Shown here in pieces: positions 15,001-26,679 of a DNA stretch of 64,000 bases. The stretch spans positions 15,221 through 79,220 of the forward strand of contig BLSG01000092.1 of the NCBI GenBank assembly GCA_012862495.1, read 5' to 3'. Both the position numbers and the translations under genes were made by a program. Below the pieces are notes generated by a model. It did not search any database. It was not told where the DNA came from and saw nothing but the letters and a program-made list of their open reading frames with translations. This DNA is from Thraustochytrium aureum. Its lineage: Eukaryota. The number at the start of each line of letters is the position of its first letter. Within the stretch, counting starts at the first letter, position 1.

Positions 15001-17071
15001 GGAGCCCCCCCCGAGCGAGTCAGACCAAGAGGTGACCGCTGCCGGCATCCGAGAGAGCGCTTGCGATCCGCGGTGGGGCTTTGCGCAAGATTGCCGCGTG
15101 GTTCAGATTGTGAATCGCGCGTGCGACGAGCGCTCTTGCGAGCCAGAGCAGCTCCACCTTTCCATCCTGCGCCGCGCAGTCGCTGGCGCGATTGCAGGCG
15201 ACTCTGCTTGCGCCCGTGCTATCGGCGAGTTCGACTGGGCCGTGGTCAGGGACCGCTTTCTCGTTTTGCTTGCTTTGAACGTGCGCGCGCGGCGCTTGCT
15301 GCAGTTAGTGGATCTCGAACAGGCCTGGTCGGGCAAGGTGCGCTTTGGCGGCGAGCTCTCCAGCGACGATGCCGCGCTCGGGTCTCTCAAGGCCGTGATC
15401 GAGCGCCTGCGAGGAATTGTCTTCACACGCGTCAAGCTGGCGTACTGGGACTCGCTGCTCCAGCTGTCCACAACGCCGACAATCCCGGCTGCGGACGAGT
15501 ACGACCCACCGCCGGACTTTCCGAGCGTCAAGGTGAACCGAATCCAGGCCAGCGCGCACCTGCTCGCAGCCCTTCCGCCGCGCGAAAAGTTGGCCCGCTC
15601 TGTGTTTGGCCAGCTCATGATAGAGAACGGTCTCGCCTCCTGGACGCCAGCGCGCTGCGTCGCGCCTACTCGCACATCCAAGACGCCAGCCAGAAGCGCT
15701 GCTTCTTCGTCAAGTTTGCGTCCGAGGGCGTCGACGACCACGGGGGGCCCTATCGGGCTGTCTTCCAGATCGCAATCGAGGAAGAGGCCGCTGGGGCGCT
15801 GCGCATCCTCGTGCCAAGCCCCAACGCGGCTGAAGGGGCGATGGAGAACGTGGACAAGCTCATCTTTAGTGCCGCACCNNNNNNNNNNNNNNNNNNNNNN
15901 NNNNNNNNNNNNNNNNNNNNNNNNNNNNNNNNNNNNNNNNNNNNNNNNNNNNNNNNNNNNNNNNNNNNNNNNNNNNNNNNNNNNNNNNNNNNNNNNNNNN
16001 NNNNNNNNNNNNNNNNNNNNNNNNNNNNNNNNNNNNNNNNNNNNNNNNNNNNNNNNNNNNNNNNNNNNNNNNNNNNNNNNNNNNNNNNNNNNNNNNNNNN
16101 NNNNNNNNNNNNNNNNNNNNNNNNNNNNNNNNNNNNNNNNNNNNNNNNNNNNNNNNNNNNNNNNNNNNNNNNNNNNNNNNNNNNNNNNNNNNNNNNNNNN
16201 NNNNNNNNNNNNNNNNNNNNNNNNNNNNNNNNNNNNNNNNNNNNNNNNNNNNNNNNNNNNNNNNNNNNNNNNNNNNNNNNNNNNNNNNNNNNNNNNNNNN
16301 NNNNNNNNNNNNNNNNNNNNNNNNNNNNNNNNNNNNNNNNNNNNNNNNNNNNNNNNNNNNNNNNNNNNNNNNNNNNNNNNNNNNNNNNNNNNNNNNNNNN
16401 NNNNNNNNNNNNNNNNNNNNNNNNNNNNNNNNNNNNNNNNNNNNNNNNNNNNNNNNCCTCCTTGATAAGTTGGAAGACCTCTCCGAGCTAGCGGATTTGC
16501 TTGACGAGAGGGGGGAGATTCCCTTTGCGCAGCGCGCGCGCTTCACCGAGGCAATCGTCAAGCAAGACCTCCTGCAATGTGCCCCACAGATCGAGACATT
16601 CGCGGAGGGGCTGGCCGACGTGCTTCCAGTTCAGTGCTTTGGGCTCTTTACCCCGAGCGAGCTCGAGGTCCTCGTCTGCGGGGGGGCGGGATCGACGTTG
16701 ACCTGTTGGAGCGCGCGACGCAATACGAGGACGTTGACCCGGAGGCGCCGTACGTGCGGCGTTTCTGGGCTGCTCTCCGGGACATGTCGCAAGAGGAGCG
16801 CAGCAAGTTTATCAATTTTGTCTGCGCGCGGTCGCGGCTGCCAAGCTCCGTTGACAAGTTCCCGATGATGTTCAAGATCACGCCGCCTCCTGGTGATGGC
16901 GACAACCTCTTGCCAAAGGCGCAGACCTGCTTTTTTAGCCTCAGCTTGCCGCGCTACTCGACAAAGGAGCTCTGCATGAGCAAGCTCCTCTACGCGGCGG
17001 ACAACTGCAACACGATGGAGGACTATGATCAGCATGACGCGAACGGGTTCGAGGGTCTTTCAGAGGCGTGA
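1..17071 (+). CDS. Giant multidomain HECT E3 ubiquitin ligase (ZZ, SPRY x4, LamG-like x2, SH3-like, UBA, MORN, HECT); probably 5'-truncated at the window edge; split by frameshifts and N gaps
   Basis: Stitched from ORFs 248, 3391, 3540, 5993, 6534, 8504, 15061, 16470 and 16577. ZZ finger CDGC..CANCEGFDLCLDCY..H..H (~1845-1970); SPRY motifs (VYFEV..RVGW, GVHQWQV, VAWEV, GFSSGVHYWEVKV); LamG WNHVAV..FAGYMAEVRVW; UBA MDMGFP..AL; MORN FEGNWQNGRMDGYG; HECT VKFASEGVDDHGGPYR, FTPSELEVLVCG, LPKAQTCFFSLSLPRYS (catalytic Cys 16928-16930); stop at 17069-17071. Confidence 0.9.
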
Positions 17072-17901
17072 CAAGTCAGCAACAGCAGGTAGTAGACGAA
17101 GGCAGGGGAGCAGGTAGCAAGTGCGCATGGCCCCTTCGCGGATCAGCGTCGTTATGCCGCGGCCGCTTGCGATGAGCCCCCCAGCCGCAGAATCAAAGAC
17201 GCCCAACAGCATCGCCCGGCGCCACTTTCTTTCCATAAAAATCGAAACGAGCGCGACGCTTTCCATGTCAACCTCGATGGAACCACAGCGACCCGCTCGC
17301 AATCCCACCGCGTGCACGGCGCGGCCTGTCTCCCCTTGCACGTCCCATTCGCCGCCACCCACATCCAGAGCGCCCAGCCCAGCACGCAGCATCTGCATCT
17401 GCTGCAGGCCCGGCGCAGGTCTAGTCGGCCCAGCAGCTGCTCGTCGTGCCGACGGTGCTGCTCCAAGCCGCACCTGCCAGCGACGGCATCGATGCCATCG
17501 AGCCATCGTCGATGCTCGTAACGTGCTGATCGGCCGCAAGTACTCTGTGTATTGTGCTCACATCAACTCTCTTCTTCTCTGCTCACATGCCCATGCAATC
17601 GATGCCCATGCATGCATGCAAGGTGGGTCAGCTCGTTGATGCAGGCGCAGGAGCAGCAGAGCCCCAACGCGCAGCGGCGGCCGCGGGAGCAGAGCGGTCG
17701 GCGTCGCGGTAGTGGCTGCTGCAGCGCGCGGGCCCTGGGCGCAACCTGCCTGCGCGGTTGCCCGGCTGGAGGGCCGGCGGCGGTCCTCGGAGGGTTGGTT
17801 TTCTGGTTGGAACTGGGCGGAAGGAATCCAACAACCGCCTGGCGCGCGCCCAGCTCGGGAGCTGCTGGCGGCCAGCCGGCTGGCCGGGACGCGCGCTCGC
17901 G

Positions 17902-20900
17902 ATGGAGGGAGATGCGATGGCCGCCCTGGCAGTGACGCTCGTGGGCAAGAGGTGCTTTGAGTCGTTTTGCGCGAGGCTGGCGGGCGGGCTGGAGCACAAG
18001 CTGTCGCAGCTGGACCGGATGCGGAGCGCACCGGATGTGGCCGAGTGCGGGGTTGATATGTATGTGCTTCAGGCGGTGTGGGAAGAGTTCCCCAGAAGGT
18101 CTGCGTTCTTCATGTCCGCAATCAGGGACTGGGTCGAGGCGCCCGCTGGTATGCTGCAGGAGATCGCGGACGCAGTGCTCGAGTGGGGCCAATGGCCGTT
18201 CTCGCTGCAGGCCAAATTCTCGGCCCTGCGGTGGAGCGACGAGAGCCTGACGATTCTCTCCGAATTTCTCTGGTCGCGCACCGTGGCCGACGTACTGATG
18301 CACCTTATGCGGCACGCCAAGTACGCCAGGGACTTGACGGCGGTGTACGGGCTGGCCATAAAGCACATTCGCAACGTGCAGGTTGTTGTTGACAAGGGGT
18401 CGCCGTTCCGCGACCTCTCTTCCCGGCTCACAGCGCAGGCGGTCCTCCAATGGGCCGCCGTGGCGAGCGAGGTCTGCAAGCGCAACCACGCTTTCATCAG
18501 CCGCATGCTCTGCGACGAGGTGCCCTTTGTAGCCTGGACCTTTGTTGACGTTTCGGTGGCCCCTGTGCAGGTGACGCGGGAGATTCTTTCGAGCCTGGTG
18601 GAAGACCTGGCCCAAGCGAAGCAGTCCAAGCCGCAGCGTCTCTCCAAGTTGCTCGTCCTGGACAACGTCATGCAGTGCATCGATTTTGCGCGGCTCGAGC
18701 AGTCCGAGGCCAAATGGGCCGCCCTCTTTCGTGACCTTATCATCCCGCGCATCTACAAGACTGCCGAGCAGATGGCCAAGATTGACGAGCTAAAGGCCGG
18801 GGCGCTGGCCCTCATGCAGACGGTGCTCACGCACGGCCCGCGCGCGCATTGCGAGGCCAACTTTCCCGCGTTTTTCAGCAAGCGCGTGCTGCGCCACCTG
18901 ACAGAGCCGCGCAAGGTGACCCACTCGCTTGATATCATCTTGCGTTCGCTCCGCTCGCCGCGCTTCGCGCGGCCAGTCGTAGCCTGGGACGCCTTCGAGG
19001 CCTACTGCCCGTCTCTCCGAGGGCTGGCGGGGCCCTCGCCGCTGGCGCTCCCGTCCAGCTCGACCTCCAAGATCCTCGAGTCGGTCTTCGTCGAGGTGTT
19101 CGAGCGCCCAAAGTCAAAAGCCCTCACCTCGTTGGGCGGCTCGCTCGCGCTCAACTCGTCCGGAACAGGGCCCGACGCGTCCGCCATCAACCCGTACACG
19201 GTCAACGCTGTGGCGGCCGCCGCAAAGTCTGCATCCTCTGGGGCGCCGTCCCTTGCCGCCGGCGCCCCGGGCTCGCTTGCTCCGAGCGCCCCTTCAAACA
19301 GGGCAGCGAGTACGTGGCGGGCTTGGCGTCGCTCTGGACGAAGGGCTTGCACACGCTCCCAAAGCACCTGCGTGCGTGCAAGCACATCCTGCTCCAAATA
19401 GCCGCGAACGACCTCGATCTGTTCCACTCGCGGGCCCTCAAGGGCTTGCTAACGCTTCCAGATGACCTGTCCAAGTGCCCCACGCCGGTCGCCAACAGGT
19501 CCATCGTGGGCCTCCGGGCGCTCTGGGACGTTTGCACGCCCGGCTACAGCGTCTTCCGAAGGACTGCGGCCAGTCTGGCGGACCAGAGCGCGCAGGCGAT
19601 GCAGACCAAGCTCGGGCCGGTCTTTGAGCTCGCAGCAGAGCGGCTTCCAAGAATGCTGGCACAACTCAACAAAGCGGTCGGCACAGACGCGGTCGGGGCA
19701 GCCGAGTACCCTCTCGCGCCGACCGTCATGTGGGATTCGGCCTGCCGCGACCCTGCCTCGGCGCAAGCCGCGCAGAATGGCAATGCATGCGAAACCGCGA
19801 TCCGCGACGTCGTCGGGGACCGGATGGGCCTGCCGTTCGCGTGGGGAGATCCCGACCGAAGCAGCTTGGAGGTCTTCTCGCTTGCCACGGATGGCGTCGT
19901 GATCGAGCTCCAGCAGCTCGCGGTCCAGCATCACATGTTTGAAGGCGGCTCCGCTTGCGCGTTTCGCGCTCGCAACGAGCGCGACAAGCTCGCCGCCGAG
20001 GTGCAGGTCCAGCACTGGCTCCGAGCAAAGCAGCAGCTTTTCAAAAAGCGACACAACGTGGCAGCGCTCGACTTGCTGCGCGAGCTATTGTACTGCCTGC
20101 CCCTGCTCGTGTGCTCGCCGCTCGCCCCAGAGAGCCCCAGCGAGTCGTTCCTCAAACAAGCAATGCCACCGGCCTCGCTGCTGCTGCACGCTGACTGGTC
20201 GGTTGCGACCGCCGCCTCGCACGCTCTTCAGCGCATCATGGCCTCGGCGCGCTCCGACGCATCGCGCCTTGCCGTCGTCTCCACGCTAACGAGCGCGCTC
20301 CAAGACGCGGTAGGACCTTCCCCCGCCTCGGTTTGCACGACCTTGTCGCTCGTCCGACAGCTTGTGCTCTTGCTCCGCCTTTGGGAACACACTAGAGCAA
20401 GCGCCCCCCTGTCGACCAGCTTGGATCCGGTTGACCCTGCCCGGGTCCAAGACGTGGTCGTCCTCGTTCTAGGCCTGCTGGCGTTTCCGTGCGCAACCGT
20501 TCGCACGCATGCGGTCGAGGCGCTTGAGTGCTGCCGTGCGTTGTGGCCCAGCATACGCGGCTCCGAAACCGTCCTCGCGGTTCTCTCGGGACTCTCCCTC
20601 GCTGCTTTTGAGTGCCCGATGGGGGCCGAGTGCTACTGCGGTGCCGCTGTGGGAGCCCCAGCTGCAGTGGACGTGCCGCGTCGCCGAACCGCCGAGGACG
20701 CGCGCCCCTCGCCGCTCGTGCTGGGCGCTCGAGTGGAGAAGCACCTCAGCATGCCCACCGCGAGGGCGCTCTCGGCNNNNNNNNNNNNNNNNNNNNNNNN
20801 NNNNNNNNNNNNNNNNNNNNNNNNNNNNNNNNNNNNNNNNNNNNNNNNNNNNNNNNNNNNNNNNNNNNNNNNNNNNNNNNNNNNNNNNNNNNNNNNNNNN

Positions 20901-23900
20901 NNNNNNNNNNNNNNNNNNNNNNNNNNNNNNNNNNNNNNNNNNNNNNNNNNNNNNNNNNNNNNNNNNNNNNNNNNNNNNNNNNNNNNNNNNNNNNNNNNNN
21001 NNNNNNNNNNNNNNNNNNNNNNNNNNNNNNNNNNNNNNNNNNNGAGAAGGCCTTTCGGTACACCTCTGGCGCCGGGTTCGCTCGCGACGAGCTCTTTCTG
21101 TGGTACCGAGCTCCGCGGTTGCGCTTGGCAGCAGCCCGGCTAGCGCCGTCTCGTCGCCGCGCAAGCGCGGCACGAGCGGTCGATTTTCCGTCGGTGGAAC
21201 GCCGTCCTCGCCGACGCGACGCCCAAGCGCGGCCCTGGCACGCTTGGGCTCTGTCTCCACCGCCTCCTCCACCAATAGTGCAAATGTACCGCCAGCCTTG
21301 GGCCTGGGCGCAGTCGTCGGCGAGTTGAACGTCGGGTTGGGATCCACCGCAGAGATGGACGCGGCGTGGCGCACGGAGCTCGTTCCGGTGGCCCACCGCC
21401 TTGTGGACTGTCCCGCCATCCACGGCCTTCTGCATCGCGCCAGCAAGCTTTTGCTCCTGTGGCTTCCGCGCCTCGCAGCTTTCACTGAAGATCTCGGCGA
21501 GTTCCAGCTCGCGATGCGCAAGTCTATCGTCAGCCTTGCGCTTGCCTTTGCGGGCTGCGACCCGCAGGCCTGCTCGCTGTCTCCGCACTCGGTGCCTCCG
21601 AGCAACGCAAAGTGGCCGGGTCGCCTGGAGCCGGAGGTCGAGTCCCTGGCGCTCTCTGTTTGGGACGACGCCGAAAGTCTCAAACCAGCGAACCAAGCCA
21701 AGGCCTACCTGAAGCATTCCCTGGAAGAGCTCGTCGGGAAAAGCGCGCACCCGAACTGCACGGCGCGCTTCGTCTCGCTCTTGCTCGACTGGCGAAACGA
21801 CAGACTAGAGTCTATCGAGCACTCTGGCGTGTCGCCCAGGACCGGCGCAAACGACACCTCATCGAAATTCACCATGTTTCTTCGCGCAAGGAGCCACAAC
21901 AACAGCGAAAGCGGAGCAAGCAACGGCTCCGGCGCTGGTCCATCGGACTCGCCCCTGCGGCTTTTGCAAAAGCGCAGGATCGGCGTGGAAAAGGTCTCAG
22001 CGAGTGTACTTCGGCTCATCCTCGCTGCGCACACCAGTTCGATACCTGGCTGGGAAGGCGCCATGCGTCAGTGCTTTGCTCTGATTATCGACATGGTCGC
22101 TGCCGAGACACTCAACGACTGCGACTGGAGCTTGGCCGTCGAGTTTGCGAAGCTCACGCTCCAATGCACCGTGACAGTCTCGTCGGAGCTCCAGTACCTC
22201 GACGACATGCACGCCGTAATTCAGCGGGCCGACTCGGTCTGGCCGCGAGCAGACCGACGCCGGGTTTGGAAGCTTTTGCAGAGGATTGCTGGGTATGACG
22301 AGCTGCGGATCTTCGCCGTTCGCTCGTCTGGCCACGCACCGTTGATGCCCTCGTTTTCGTCGCCTTTGCTCTCTGCGCAGCATGCTCGAATGCCTTCGAC
22401 GGCGGGTCCCACGTCCGGCCACACCTCGCCAACGAACGGCGGCGACTTGCCCACGTCGATACCAGAGTCGCGCCAAGGGCAGGGTATGCTTTTCGAGCCG
22501 CAGCGGCAAGCCATTGCGCAGCGCCTGAATGGTAGCGGTGAGCAGCGTGTCATCGGCGAGGCCGACTTTCGGCGGGTGCGAGATTTGGCCACTCGGACGG
22601 CGGCGGCAATGCTTAGACTGGGCCCGACCGCGCTGGGCACTGTTGCACCTCGTCCAGACGACCTACTATGGGAGTGGCTCTACTATGACGAGCACAGGAG
22701 CGGGCCTGCGCCAGAGGGCCGCCTTCTCGGGAACTACCTCGCGGCGCACTGGCACGCCGGCGACGAAGAGGCGGCTGGGGGCGGCACGTTGCTCCCGTTT
22801 CTCGACAGGTGGTATCAGGAGATCACAGACGGCAACGCGATTTATGCAGACGCCATCTTTGCGTCTATCGCGCGCGCTGTGCGCGTCTGGCTCTTTCGCG
22901 GAACCCATCACGAATTCGTCAGGCCGCTCGAGTCTACGGCGGTGACGTCGATTGCGCTGCTGGGGATCGTTCTCTCACGAACGCACCCCGATGCCCGCCT
23001 CCGCAACCTCGGGTTTGAGTTGCTGGACGTCCTGCAGCGCTCGGCCAGCGAGGAGGGCGCCGCCTCGAGCGCAGACTTTCACCCAGGCAGCACGCTTGGC
23101 TCGCTTGCGGTCGCGCAGCACGAAGACACCGTGGAGCGCGCTGCCAACCGCGCCTGCCACATTCTCGCCCAAGCCTGCCCGCAGCTTGCGCCCTCAGTTC
23201 TGTCGGAGCTTTGCTTTCGGTTGCCTGCGCTGCTCCGCGGCGGACTCGCCAAGCGCGCCATCGCCGCTGTGCTGCCGTGGTGCAGCAGCCAAGCGACGCA
23301 GGTCACTCCGCTCGCCGTGTCCTCGTCGGGCAATTTCTCTGCCACAGCGTGCCTGGCATCAGCTCGGGCAGCGACGATCGCGCAGATGAGCGAGCACGCC
23401 TGCGCGAGGAGGCAGAGCTCCTCGGCATTCCCTACTCATCTCCTCGGCACGCTGACGAGGAGGAGCACCGCAAGAGCGCCTCGAGGGACCTCAACTTTAA
23501 GCACAAGACTGCTGTGCGCCTCCCGGAGCTGTGGGACTGCTCTGTTGTGCTTTTTCGCATGGAGAAGGAGCAAGGCCTCGACCTCCTTCTTCCCGTGTGG
23601 CGCGCGCTTTGCGTGCACCACGCGTCGATGCTGATCGACTTTATGCTCGCGCGCATGCTGGAGTGCGACACGGAGAACCGCGAGGAGCGCCGCAGAATCG
23701 CGACGTTTTGCTGTCAGGGATCGTGCTAGACGTGTTCGACACAGCTCCAGAAACGGTCATGCAGCAGCTTGTCGTGCATGGCTTCTACTCCCTGTCTGCT
23801 GAGGACTTTACGAGCACGCTGTTCCAGACTGGGTTTCGCGCCTCCGTCGACGTCACAAGGCCGGTGGCCTTGCAGCAGTGGATCACACTGGCCCTTCGCC

Positions 23901-26573
23901 AGCAGATCATCGACCCGCTCGACGCGGGGCACGAAGAGGACGCCCTCGATCTCAGCGACGCAGACAGCCTGGCCACGGTGCAGCGCAGCATTTTGGTGTC
24001 GCTGAATCTCTGCGCAGGGGCCGATCGAACGGCGTGCGCGGCTGCTCTCCCAGTGATGATGACCTTTTCGCTCTGCTCTGGCGCGAGTGCGATAGAGTCC
24101 GACGAAGCCAGCGCGTGGGGCGGCCCGCGACCTGAGCATCGGTGCATTTCCCTGCTTCTGTCAGCGGTACTTCACGAACGTATCAGCGTTGCGAATTCGG
24201 CAGCCGCCTTGGGGGCGGCCAGCGCGCCCGAGGGGTCTGTGAAAGGCACCGCAGCGCTGGGCGTTGCGGGCTCTACATCAACAATGTCGCCAGCGCGAAT
24301 TCTCGCGCTGGCGGAGCGTGCTCCGCACGAGTACTCCGACGAGCAGCTGCAGCAAGTGGTTGAAGCGTTTGCGGAGCTGCTGCTGCTGTGCGATCCGAGC
24401 GGCAAGCTCGCCAACCTGTGGTGCCAATACTTGCTTCTAGCGAGCATTGGCATGTACCAGCAGCATATGCACGCGTCGCCTGAGCTCATTGTGCGATGCC
24501 TCAAAGTGTACGGCTTCCTGCGCGCCTGCGTCCCAGGCGCTCTGTGCATCGCATGGGGCGAGCGCGAGCTCTCTGAGGAGGATGCCATCCAAGTGGAGCT
24601 GCTGGCCATTCTGCGCATCTTCCACAGCTCCTGCTCGTCGTGCAACATGGATGTCGCAAGTGCGGCAATGTCTGCAATGACCCACCTTGACGTGCGCTTT
24701 GTGCGTGTCTCTGTGGTAGGCGCCATCCTGGCAACGTATGCCAACCTCGAGGGCAGCCCGCTTCGAGCCACGACGCTGCATTTCCTACTCCGCCTCCCGG
24801 TGCATGAAATCGAGCAGCCCCTCGATTGCGCCCCGTTCCTTTTGGATGGTCTGCAAAGGCGCGTTACCCGCGCAATGCTTGCTGGCGCCGGTGCCGACGG
24901 GAGCGCGCCGTCCGAGCTGACGCTGTTCATTCGGTTTGTCTTTGCCTCAGCGCGGCCGGGCTTTGACATCTTCGTGAGCACGCTTCTTCCGCTCGTCTTT
25001 ATGGAAAAGCTTGCAGGGTCCGAGGTCGTATTCGATTCGATGCTTTCCATTCGCATGGACGAGGCGTTGGCAGACTCTCTCAACTCGTTTTGTGGATGTG
25101 TCCTCAACCGCAAGCTTGCGGGCGAAGCGCTGTCTGGCGTCGCTGACTCGATCGGGACTGAGCGGTTTTGCGCCAGGCTCGCCCGCGCTGCGCACGAGTA
25201 CGGAGCGGACTCGAGGTATCTTGCAGCAGTGTTCTCGCTGTGCACTGCGCTCATCGGCGCGCTGCCTCGGTCCCTCGCCTGCCTGAGGCCAATTGTTCAT
25301 TTGGCCATCACAACCGACGTGCCCCGCATTGACCTCGCGCTCCGACAAGCGAAAAAGGAGTTTTTGGAGCAGGCACAGCTCGTCGCGGAGGAGCGCCGCA
25401 AGCTCGGCCCTACGGCGGCAGCCGAGGACAAGTGCGCAGCGAGCGAGACAGCCAAGCTGATTGAATCAATCGAAGGCCCTGTTGTGTCGCGGTCGCAAAT
25501 CCACGCCTTTGTTGCCGAGTGCATCGAGGAAGAGGCTGCTGCGCTTGAAGACTCGATTTCGGCGGACCTCGCGAGTGCGTGGACGCGAAGTGAGCCAGCG
25601 TCACCACTTGCCTCACGGTCGAGCTGCGACTTTTCTGGGTTTAGCGTGATTGGCGACTCACCTGGGCCGCGCGGCGTGGCTGTTCCGCGTTTTGACACTG
25701 CAACGCGAGTACAAACCGCCGCGCTCATTGCGAACGCGTGTGCCGAGAAAAAGCAGGAGAAGGACCAGCTCCGCAGCCTGAATGAGCTCGCGGACAAGGT
25801 CGGCCTGCAATCGATGCAGACGGGGGAAGGCGTCGCTAGCGCGCAGCAGAAATACGTCGGCAGAGGCGAGCGGGACCTTGTGATGGCCACCAATGAGTGC
25901 TTCTCGGGCGGAGTCGCGTCCTTTGAGGCCGCCAAGTTTCCCTCGCAGGGCTCAGCCCTGGGGGGACTCGGTGACCCAGCAGCAGCAGCAGCAGCAAGAG
26001 GAGGAGGAGGAGAACGAGGAGAACGAGGAGAACGAGGACGGAGAAAACGCGGAGAACGACAGAAGGGACCTTGCGATGGCCGGAGCCGCTCCGCTGCTCG
26101 CGTGCGACAAGACCCGACTGAGAGCCGCGTCCACGATGAGCAACGAGTCCTTCTGCTCCAGCGGCCCTGCGCCGCAGTCGTTCGCGAGCTCAGTCGAGCG
26201 CGTTTTCGGGCAAAGAGGCGTCGAGGTCGCCGTCGAGCGGTTTGTCGCGCAAGAGCCGGCCATCGAGCGTGCCTGGCTTGACTTTTGCTTTGAGGTTGTT
26301 CGGTTTCGTCGTGCGCCGAGCGTCCAGGCGGCCCGTGAGATCGCAAAGCGGTTCATGCAGGTGGACTCGATCGACACGGTCGACCTCGCGCCAGCGGCGC
26401 GGCGCCAAGTGCTGGAGAGCGTCGCCGCGCTGAAGAGCGGCGAAGTCGTTGACGCCGCGATATTCCGGGACCCTCTCGCGGCTTGCGTGGCATATCTAGA
26501 AGAAATTGGGTTTTTGGGGCGATTCATGCGCTCGCCATTCTACGTGGACCGTTTTCGAGGCGCAGCGGCATGA
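17902..26573 (+). CDS. Furry/Tao3/MOR2-like HEAT-repeat scaffold with a C-terminal RGS domain (frameshifted, one gap)
   Basis: Stitched from ORFs 17758, 19314, 20509, 23211, 23531 and 25893. Long helical protein with Furry-like segments (LLLHADWSVATAASHALQRIM; LAQACPQLAPSVLSELCFR..LPW; VWRALC). The C-terminal RGS box is clear: WLDFCFEVVRFRR..AREIAKRFM..VDL..IF..YLEE..FLGRFMRSPFY. Confidence 0.65.
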
Positions 26574-26679
26574 CTGACTGCCCACGAGAGGGGGGCGACT
26601 TGGCGGCCTCGATCGTCCGAGTCGCGTAGATTGAACGGACAGCGAAGTGAACAAGTAGATATATTTTCTTGCGGCGGGA

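Noticed and set aside
17480..17625. ATCGAT and (CATG)n palindromes in the intergenic region
   Set aside because: Short and low-complexity; no further evidence of function
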